Shown here: positions 36,263 to 46,195 of the stretch, piece by piece | Layout: each line of letters opens with the position of its first letter | How positions within the stretch are numbered: position 1 is the first letter of the stretch | Origin: Fistulifera solaris | Lineage: Eukaryota | DNA: 64,000 nucleotides | Direction of reading: 5' to 3' | NCBI GenBank assembly: GCA_030295235.1 | Contig: AP026132.1 | Span: forward strand, 310,001 to 374,000 | Program-made: the position numbers and the translations under genes | The notes under the pieces: generated by a model | The model's input: the letters and a program-made list of their open reading frames with translations, nothing else | Databases searched by the model: none | What the model was told of the DNA's origin: nothing

Positions 36263-38416
36263 TCAGGCTAAGCCGGTCTGATATCCATTTTGAGCATACT
36301 CGGAATGGTCCTTACTTTTCTTATCAAACCTTCGCACCTTCCGGAATCCTCGATTCACAATCTTGCATAAGTGACCGCAATATTCAGAATGAGTGTGAAA
36401 GAACTTACTCATCCCTTCCTTGCCGTGATCCGTGCGCCCATGGACATTCTTTCGGCAAGTAAATCCGCCAGGATTGTAGTAGTGTATGACAGGATCTGAA
36501 AACATCAAAACGTTGTTCGCTTCATCGTAGACACCTTGAAGATCGCAAACGAGCCGCTTTCTACTCGAGGCCCGATAGCTAAAGTGTGAAAACGCCTGTG
36601 CCACCTCAAAAGGACTAAAGACAATCGCACTCTTTTCAGATGGGACACCCAGTGCCTCCTTTTCATCGTCCGAGGAGTCTTCTTCTTCCTCGTTACCTTC
36701 TTCGATAATGTCACCATCAAAAGAGCAACACGAGTCATATTGACCGCCGCGTGACGGAGACTTTCTTGAGAGAAAACAGGCGCTTCCTTCATCCCATCGA
36801 CAAAACCGTTGTTGCAATTCCATTTGTGCCACTTGGTATGGTCAAGTTTGTCTTCGACCAACACACTCAAAACACCGAGTTCGGGGTCGTCCAACTCATA
36901 AATCGAGCAGTCCAGGAAACTGACAGTCGGCGTACGCTGATCAACACGATACGATTCCTTCAACTTGTCATTGAATTCCTTCGCAAGTCGTCGAGCCAAT
37001 TGCTGAGTTTTGCAGAAAGAAGCTGTATATTCTTTCCTAGCCTTCTCATCGGAACAATCGACATCGAGGATCAAGCGGCTTTCTTTTGCTACCATTGCCT
37101 TTCCAACGATCGTCCGGCAATCAGCGGCAAGCTCAAAGAATCGATAGGCAAATCTTTCAGCTCCCTCACCAAAGGACCTTTGGCGAACGCAACGTAACGA
37201 GCGTGCGGATACTGCAACGCTGCTTTTTCGTACTTGTGCATTCTTCGGTTTTTATTTACACCTTCCGACTCGATCCATTCCTCGTAAGTCTTCCGTTTCA
37301 CTAAATCCAATGAATAGATCCAAAAGTCGTCATCAGAGACTCTCGAAATAGCCTGCCCTGCTTTACTGCGAGACTCTCTGAGAATACTTCGGACCTGTCG
37401 TTGTTTCTTCGACTTTGCATCGGTCAACTCCAGTTGGGTCGACGTGATGGATGTTGCAACAGAAGTAAAGACATCTCCGAGTGCAGAAGAGGTCATCGAT
37501 GGCAGACAGAAGTCAGCATGAGCCCCGTAATCATCTGCGGCGTCTACCATGCGTTTCAGCATGTCAAAGTCGTCGTAAGCTCCCATCGCGATCGCCTTGA
37601 AGGTGAGCCGCCGCCCAAATTCTTGGCCAAGTCGCCAACAGTGTTTTCTATGATTTGGTAGCACAATTCCTTGTCTAAACCATAGCCGGTTGCAGCATCA
37701 GAGGGTCTTCCATCGGATAGAGAAGTGAGTGAAACGGCACACGAAGCATTCGGGTTCCGAAGAAGTAAAGTCTCTGCCATTCTGAGGCTGGGAAGGAAGG
37801 GTCCGTGCCCACGGGGTGCAACGAGTGTTTCACTGTATAGCTTAACAAGTTTGTTGTACAAAACCCAAGAGCATGGTTCCTCTTCAAAGATCGCATTTGC
37901 GGTTTCTCCCAAGGTGACAACGGAAATGACATCCGTGAGACCGCCTTCTCCTGTTTCCAGTCGACTCGCTAAGAAGTCCAAAGCAATGGAGACCCAGACT
38001 GCCGCTAGACGGGTTCGTGTGCCCCATACATCCGCTTGCTTCATACTTCCCGAGGTATCCACCACGAGAACTGAATTCGAAGTCCAGCAATCGAGATCGT
38101 CCTGAATCTTTCGACGAGCTTTCGTGTACTCCGCGTGCATCTCCTCCGTCAAAGGAACTTCTTCCAGCTCCAGTGGCTTTGCGTAGCAGGTGACCTCTTC
38201 GCCGGTCACTTCATTCACAATGTAAGTTAGGTCCTGGTAGACGTACATGGCGGCTTCGTCACCGTTCGGTCGAGGATGAGTGCCGTAACGGACGCCGTAC
38301 TTTCGGGCCGCTTGGAGATCTTTCTTATCGATTCCTCGCTGCTTTCTTCGCAATCTCCCGTGCTCCGTTTCCACGAACGTTATCGCTGAAGTGTAGATGG
38401 AATCGGCGCTCAACAT
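36263..38416 (-). CDS. Alpha-kinase with vWA domain and N-terminal DUF4258-like domain; frameshifts near 37620, 37165 and 36720
   Basis: vWA MIDAS VDTSGSM...LSDGRP; alpha-kinase motifs VAKE, KWNCNNG, QAFSHFSY, LVCDLQGV, FSDPVIH, GRTDHGKEGMSKFFHTH and C..LC. Confidence 0.87.
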
Positions 38417-38824
38417 GGTATCGCGGTTTTAGGATGAAGAACAAATCAGGATGGTAGGCTTCCTGCTTGCGTATATAATGAGAGCGCCGCATGCTGGATT
38501 TTCAAGGAGGAAAATGCCGAAAAAAACATGGCAAAATGGATCTTTTGACGAGGAACAAGTTCTATTGGTCCGTGAAATTTGAGTTGTTCACTATGAACAA
38601 GAAGTTCACCTTCATCTTGTTCTTTCTTTTGAAAGGTGCCCGCAAAACGCAAAAATATTCTCCGCCGCATCGCGTGCCGTACAAATTCTACGTACTTCTA
38701 CGGAAATCCGGGTTTGTTTGTGGGCGAATCGCGAAGAACGAGCGCACGAAGAATCACAGCATTGCTAGGGAGATGCATAAAATTAACCAGACGTTTTCAC
38801 ATTAATTTTTAAAATTAATTGCTA

Positions 38825-40913
38825 TCATTCCATAGTGACGGTTCGAATGATGGTTAACTTCCGCGATGGATTGTTGCTCTTCTTCGATATCAATTTGGAT
38901 ACACGAATGGCCGTCATACTGCGCACATCTTCATCGTCGACGGCCACGAGTTTGTCACCGACTTGTATTTGATCCGCAATCACCGATGTGTCTTTCACGG
39001 CATGTACCACCGGTGCACCATCGTCGGGTGTGTCAATCACCACACCCAATTTCCCGGCGGGAGCAATAATGTCTATCACTTGCTCCTGGATGCCACTGTC
39101 ACGAAGTTGCGATTCGGCTCCCAAGGCAGCTAATGCGGCTGTATTGAGAGTCCCCGCGGTCAATCGAGTTGTATCGCCCATAGTACCGCCGGCACTGGAA
39201 ACTACAGAGGTATCACCGCCTCCGTAAAGCTTGGAGTAGTCGTAATCGACCGTGGCAACACTAGAATGACCGTTCAGTAAACAACAAGTTAGCAATACAA
39301 ATCATCTTGGAAGACGTAATAGACTTACCTTTGATCGCCGTAGCCAACATCGAGGATTTTGCTCTCGAATGATTTTTGTTTGGGCGGCACATACGGATCT
39401 TCCATTAATGACAAGTCTTCTTCGCTGGGACTGATAATGAAATGAGGAGACACTTCCGACTGATTGTCACGCTGATCACGTTGTTCCACACCCACACTGC
39501 CATCACCACTTCCTCGAACGAAACCGTAACCGACGTAGGCACAGACCAACAGCACGGCAGCACCTGCCGCTATAATACCGATTAAAACACCCATCGACAA
39601 GCCACTGTCATCGTCGTCACTGCCTCCGTCTCCTTCTTCATCGGGTGTAATGTCTTCACCAAGTATGCTGGGTACTGCCAAAGGCAAAACAAGCTCCCCC
39701 ATATTGGCGAATTCGGTTCGCAACAATTCACCGTATTCCCGGTTCGCGGCCTCGTCATTAAAGGGCAACAAGGCCACGACCTCCGGATCCGCAGTGTCAT
39801 CGGTAGCACCATACTCCAATGTTTGGTTGTACAGTATGGAATTGTCTTGGTCCTGTCGAACAAACGTAATGGCGCTCACCATGGATTCTTGCAAGCGTCG
39901 ACGCCCATTACTGACAAAATAACCTTCAAACCATTCGGCGGTCACACGTTCCCACATGTCAATCTCGTCGTCTTCGAGACGACCACCGCCTCCAAGGGCA
40001 ACCGAATATTCATCAAACGGGCCTCGACGGGTTCGGTGGTAGCGGCCGCACTGGGTGCCAAGGATGTCACTGCGATGCTGGGTACCGCCGACGGTGCTTC
40101 ACTGGAGGCGAGTACCGTGGGTGCTTGACTGAGGACGACGCTCGGACTTTCACTCGCCGCTACCGTGGGCACAGACGACGGGGCCGTCGTATTGCGCACC
40201 GTCGGCTGCAGGGACGTTGTCGGTGCCTCCGTGGGAGCAAACGTGGGTGCCCGTGTTTGACCGGGCAGCAGTGGTACCGCAATCGGTACTTTTAAATTTT
40301 CCCAGCCTTGAAATGTCAAATTCAACGCGGTCGCGTATTGCGCATTCCCTTCCGGTGTCGTCAACGGATACACGGCATAATATCCCGGCGTCTGCGTCCC
40401 ATTGAGCGACGTATAGGTGAGTTGCTGTGAGTAATTGAACGTAGTAACGATGACTTCGTTCCGCAACACACTGTCCTGCGACAAAAAGGAAATGACGGTC
40501 GTAAAGTTGCGAATGCCCACGTCGTTTTCCGCATAAAATTGCTGGAAAAAGTTGCGTGTGACGTTTTCCCACAGCGCATAGCGTGTTTCGTCTTCAATGA
40601 GTGGAGGAACATTTTCGAGTTGCAAGGTAATTCCGGAAATGGTCACATTGACGGGGAACGATTGCGACACGGGTGGCGGACTGGGAAGGGTGATCGGAGG
40701 TGCGGCCGTCGGTGGCAGCGACGTCAAGGGAGGGTCGGTTGAGGAATTGGTGGGAATGGGAGAAAGCGGATTCGTCGTAGGAGAAAGCACCGGGAATGTG
40801 GTTGTGTTTGTTGTATTGGTCGTGATGGTAGTATTTGTAGGGCCGGTAGTATTGGATGTTTGTGCGATGACGACCGGCATCCAGGAGAGCAAGAATAGAT
40901 ACCGTACTTTCAT
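38825..40913 (-). CDS. PDZ-TM paralog 3: signal peptide, Pro/Thr stalk, two SEA-like domains, TM, DYDY motif, PDZ; frameshift near 39985; intron 39261-39328
   Basis: MKVRYLFLLSWMPVVIA signal peptide; TM GVLIGIIAAGAAVLLVCAYVGY; splice gives GYGDQS|VATVDYDYSKLYG; PDZ APAGKLGVVIDTPDDGAPVVHAVKDTS. Confidence 0.85.
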
Positions 40914-41958
40914 GTTTCCTATCTGTCGCTTTTTACAAATAAATAGCGCTAATTTGCTTCTGCTTCGTTAAATCAAGCAAATGGTGGCTTTTTGTCTTGC
41001 AAAACAATCTAACGATCACTTTGTTGGTGATTGTTTAGTTGCCGTTTGAGTCGTCGATGTCAATAAAAGGAGGACGATAGGACGATGGCATTGAATTCGG
41101 GCGGTGAGATTCGTTGCAATTCTTTCGAGTACAAATGTTGCGTCAACGGAAACGATTGTACTGTCGAGCGAAGAATTTAAATCATGTGCCCGTAAATCTG
41201 GAGTCCCGCCGGTATCCTCCAACGGAAATTTCCACCTCAGTCGTTGTTCGATGGAAGAGGGGACCATCCTGGTACCTGTACGACAAATATCTTAATCTTG
41301 CTAGGTGTTGAATGTTGGAGGCATTCTGAGCATAGTTGAGCATTGAACTGTCATTTGTCGAGAGGTTGTTACTTTACACGGTGATGCAACCGGTATCACT
41401 TTAGAAGCTTTTTGTCTCTTAGAACGATGCTGCTACGTCGGAAGATACATACATTCTCTCGTAATTGGTATTCGCTAAGAAACTTTGTCAGAACATGTTG
41501 TCAACAAAAACGTTTCTCCTTACGACTGACTTGACTTCTTTTATAAAAAATAAAGACTAGACTAGTTGATCCCATCTCATGTTCTATTACTCCCAATCTC
41601 GTTTTCAGCAGGACGAAAACGATGGGAAACACTCGACTTCATGGAACCGTGATGTGCGATGCCAGCGTGGACGTGTGGATAGGCGCGCGTCCGATCCCGC
41701 ATGTCCAATTTCTCCGAGGACTTTTTTACTTAGCAAAGACTTTAATGACAATAGCCAAAAGAGTACGCGACCTTTCGAATCGGAGTATCGTCGTTTCAGC
41801 ACCGTGCGCAACGCCATGTTGCTCACGATTCACGGACGAAAAATAATGCGATCGTAGCCAATAAGCGAAAATAACAAGGTTCATTCATTCATCTTGCGAG
41901 TTCCGAGTTGAATAAAAAGAGAGGAATAAACAGAAAATTTAACTTTACAGTATTCGCA

Positions 41959-43259
41959 ATGCTAATGAAAGTCCTTCTCTCCGTCGCTTGGATATTACCC
42001 GCGGTCAATTCGCAATTCACGGCCTCACCGACGCCACCGGATGTGGTCGTCGAGACCGAAGCACCCGTCGCAGCCCCGACATTGCAACCAACGGTCGGTG
42101 TCATTGCCACCGAACAACCCACACTACCTCTCAGTACACCGGAACCGACACAATTGCCGACGACAGCTCCCATAGCCGTTCCGGTCACGGTTCCGGTCGC
42201 CGTCCCCGTGTCTCCACCACCCACAGCCGCCCCGATTGTATTGCCCGTGGCCGTTCCAACACCGCCTCCGGTGGTGGCTCCGGTGCTGGTAGCGACTCCT
42301 GCTCCGACCTTGTTTCCCACTCCGGACGTTGTGATTGTCGAGACGCCGTCACCGACCGGTTCGCCCGTTGCGACGCCGATTGCCACGACGCTGTCCCCGA
42401 CCGTACGACAGGCCATCGAAACGTCTTCTCCCACTTCGACGTCCGATTCCGGTAATATCAATCCTCCACCCACCAACGAGGAAGATGACGAGTTATTGAG
42501 TTTACCGGCCTGGATTGGAATTGGGGTCGGTGGCTTGATCTTGTTGGGAGCGATTGTCTTTGTTGCCCTGCGAGGCGGGGGCAACCAGAGTGGTGCCAGC
42601 GTACCCGCCAGTCGTCACACCAAAGAGACGCGCATGTCCTCCCAACCCGAAGTCGAAATTCAAATCACCAATGATGACGATATTTCGACCATTGGATATC
42701 CCACCGTGGCGACGCGTTCGTATCGGGGCGACCAACAAAGGTGAGTCAATGGAGCGATCGATTTTTTCGAGTACTCGGTCCTGTTGTGTCTCTCATCCTG
42801 CATAATTTTCTGTTTAACAGTCTCCCAACGATCGATTACGATTACACGAGATCTTACGGAGCCGGTCAGGACGGATCGGTGGTTTCCAGTGCCGCCGGGA
42901 CCATGGGCGATACCGTGACCCCATCGGTGACGACCGCTCTGTTGAATCGGATGAGTGATACACGAGCGCCCTCGGAACGATCCTCCAAATCGACGCGGGT
43001 GGTGGAAATTGTGGCGCCCGCGGGGAAATTGGGGGTCGTCTTAGATGCGTCCGACGATCCGGAAGATCCGATTGGCTGTCCCGTCGTGCATACCGTCAAG
43101 GAGAATTCTCCCTTAATTGGTCAATTGCAAGTTGGGGATAAATTGATTGCGCTCGATGATGAAGATGTCCGTGGTATGACGGCCATGCAAGTCTCGAAAT
43201 TGATTTCCATGAAGAGTGCCAATCCGCGAAGGAAGTTTACCGTTCTGCGTCCTTTATAG
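41959..43259 (+). CDS. PDZ-TM paralog 4: signal peptide, Pro/Thr/Val mucin stalk only, TM, DYDY motif, PDZ; intron 42741-42820
   Basis: Intact reading frame; TM WIGIGVGGLILLGAIVFVAL; splice gives GDQQS|LPTIDYDYTRSYG; PDZ APAGKLGVVLD...VGDKLIALDDEDV. Confidence 0.9.
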
Positions 43260-43453
43260 TTACAATGTAATCGATGAAAACGTTAAAAGTATTCCGTAAT
43301 AATAACACAGAAAGTCAGCGACTCTAGACTACCAGGTAGCAAATATAATTTAAGTTAATTTGTACGGAGTACTATGTTCAAGTTCATGATTAATTAGCGT
43401 CGCCGAGCGAATTAGAGAACACTTTCGTCCGGAAACAAGGCGATACCAAAATA

Positions 43454-44389
43454 TCATGCCACGGGAAGATGTTCCAAGACATCGTCTCGAAAGGGAAGAT
43501 AAATTCGGGCCACAGCACCTTCATCCTGTGATGATGACAATGTGACATTGCCACCAAAATGTTGCATCATGAGACGACTGGCCGACAAGCCGACACCCAA
43601 ACTGCTCATGGGACTGCGGACCGCCGCGTACGATTGTTGTTCGTCCAATCGATCCCATCGTCGGCCGGCCGATGAATATCCCCACGCAAACAAGTTGTCA
43701 GAATCTGGCAATCCTATGCCATGATCTTGAAGTGTCACGCAGATCGCATCGTCGTCGGACGAAAGGGTGATTTGCACCGGGGGTGGATCACGGGAGTGGC
43801 GCTGCAAAGTCGCATGAAAGGTATTTTTGAGCAATTCGACCAATGTATGATGGACCCACGGTAATACAAGTGTAAGGGGCTTTGAAGGATTAGCGCGCTG
43901 TAGGTGCACTTCGGGCGCCATCATCCAATGGGACTCACAGACTTGTTGTGCTTGCGAAATGGCTGGATCCAGAAGATCAGATGCATTCTCAATGGTTGTG
44001 ATGGCACCGGCATCCTTATTTTTGTATAATTTGACGTAATGATCGCACAACAATTGTATACTATACCGAACGCGCAATATATCGTTCTTCTCGTCCGACT
44101 CGAGTTTTAAATCGACAAGCCGTTCCAAAGTGGTGGCATGACGATCTCGAATTTGTTCCAATGTTTTGCTAACGATATCTTGATCGGCACTATTCCATCG
44201 TTGAAGAACAGGAGACGACAAGAGTTGTCGACACAATTGTTCCGTATCGCGATGCAAATAGTGTAAATGCGAGTCGACGAGACGGGTTTGTTGCCAGGCC
44301 AGACGGTCCGCTACGTGTTGCAAGACAGTCTCAGCGGTCGAGCTGTTGATTTTCAAGTTCGCTAGAGATCGCAGCGTCCAACGTTTCAT
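43454..44389 (-). CDS. Pyruvate/branched-chain ketoacid dehydrogenase kinase-like protein (GHKL ATPase fold)
   Basis: N-box ELLKN, G1 DHGIG, F-box FAWGYSS, G2 SLGVGL, followed by MMQHFGG. Confidence 0.8.
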   Translation of the reverse strand: MKRWTLRSLANLKINSSTAETVLQHVADRLAWQQTRLVDSHLHYLHRDTEQLCRQLLSSPVLQRWNSADQDIVSKTLEQIRDRHATTLERLVDLKLESDEKNDILRVRYSIQLLCDHYVKLYKNKDAGAITTIENASDLLDPAISQAQQVCESHWMMAPEVHLQRANPSKPLTLVLPWVHHTLVELLKNTFHATLQRHSRDPPPVQITLSSDDDAICVTLQDHGIGLPDSDNLFAWGYSSAGRRWDRLDEQQSYAAVRSPMSSLGVGLSASRLMMQHFGGNVTLSSSQDEGAVARIYLPFRDDVLEHLPVA

Positions 44390-44753
44390 GTCGTGTTTGA
44401 ATACAATATTGCAGATTGAGTGAAAAGGACAGCAGCATCACAAGGTGAACGAAAGGCTGCAAGAAAAAGCAAAACGTTTTCGTTTTGTCGTTTCTTCGAG
44501 GACCGACGGACCGGTACTCACACTTAGCATGTCACGACTAATCCAAAACCGCACTCCCACTTTCATGAGATACTGAAACTTCGTTTGTATAAACGACTGA
44601 GAAGCCGTTGATTGTCTCTCTTTTATACGGCGGGACTGATTTGGACCGGTTTTCTTTCATCTTTCATCGTTTCATTTCTGTCAAAAAGATCCACGCCATG
44701 AGTCGTGTGTCTAAGGAAATGCAGTCCACGTTATCCTCACAAAAACAATCAGC

Positions 44754-46195
44754 ATGCAATCAATGCAAGTTGTCACGTTGCTCTTGTTGTTGGCTGGCAT
44801 GGCCACCGCGACGCCTTCGCCGACCGCCCCTTTCACGCCAAACGAGGACCCGACATTCGCACCAACATCCTCCTTGACGTTGTGGGACAAAGTGAGACCT
44901 GTTGCACCAGTGCCAGCACCGGTCAAGCCACCGACACTCTCACCCACGACGACCCCCAAGACGGTGTCACCCTCCATGGCCCCCACGATGTCACCGAGCC
45001 ATGCTCCTGTGTCTCTCCCCTCCGATTTTCCTTCCTTGTCTCCGACCGCGTCTACCAACGAACCCTCCACGGCCCCCGTCGCAACTCCCACGAAGCAGCC
45101 GACAAATGGTACTTTTATCACTTCCGTCGAAGTGACGGGCTTGCAATTGAAGCTCGTGGATGCGGGGACGTTGCTCGAGAAAACATGGATGGAAAGTCGC
45201 GACGGAAGCGTTTTACAACGAATATTATGAGGACATTGAATGCGAAGTGACCTTTGTGCGATCGGAGAACAGCGAAGACCCGAAAGTCAACACCATTACG
45301 TACGATCTCCTCTTGCAGTCCGAGTTCTTTGCGCTCAACAATCCGATGCAATACGCGCTGAAACCCTTTCGAAATGAAGCCGCGAATTTGCAGTACGGGA
45401 ACGATTTGCGCACTTTGCTCAACTTTGAACGCCTCACTATCCCTCTGGCGGTTCCGACTCGCCTCACCGACGATTCCGTTCAACCGCAAAAGAACCTAAT
45501 CGAAAAACTGGGATTGCATGCAATTTTGGGGATTGTTGCGGCGGCTTTATTGGTTGCATTTTTGTTGCTGTGCTGGTGCAAGCGTGCGCGTCGTCAACAA
45601 AACAAAGCGTCCGAGGCGCCCATGTCGACATTTCGAATTTCTTCTGATGATGATATTTCCACCATTGGACCCATCGATATTGTGGATAGCGAAAAGGAGA
45701 AAGGTAGGTGTTCGAGTGTTTGTGGCGAAGACAAGTTCAACCTTTTCTGATCTGTATCTTTCTTCATTCTTTAGCATTCATTCCGGAGACGATGACTATT
45801 CAAAGGGAGTCGATGGCCGCAATTTTGGTCGAGCAATTCTTTCGAATATAAGTCGAAGAATGTGCATGGGTGGCTCTGGCAATAGCGCCGAAGAGTCGCG
45901 CGATGACGAGGAAGTAGTAGATTACACGGCCGGCGACTGGATGGAGATTGTCGTGCCTCCCGGCAAGCTGGGTATTATCATCAACACTCCCGACGACGGT
46001 CCTCCGGTGATCCACACAGTGAAAGAAACGTCGGCTGTTTTGCATCAAATTCATGTCGGCGACAAACTAATTGCCATTGACGATGAAGATGTGCAAGCAA
46101 TGACCGCCATTCAGGTATCGCAGATCATTTCCAATAAAAGCTCCGATGCTAGGAAGTTTACCATTGTGCGACCGTACGATACTGTGACCGTTTAA
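44754..46195 (+). CDS. PDZ-TM paralog 5: signal peptide, Pro/Thr/Ser stalk, one SEA-like domain, TM, PDZ; frameshifts near 45180 and 45695; intron 45704-45774
   Basis: Signal peptide VVTLLLLLAGMATA; TM AILGIVAAALLVAFLLLCWC; DDDISTIG; PDZ VPPGKLGIIINTPDDGPPVIHTVKETS...VGDKLIAIDDEDV. Confidence 0.8.

Noticed and set aside
43454..44389. Sensor histidine kinase partnering the PDZ receptors
   Set aside because: No TM, sensor or H-box/receiver context; the layout fits mitochondrial PDK/BCKDK-type kinases, so its position in the cluster is probably incidental.
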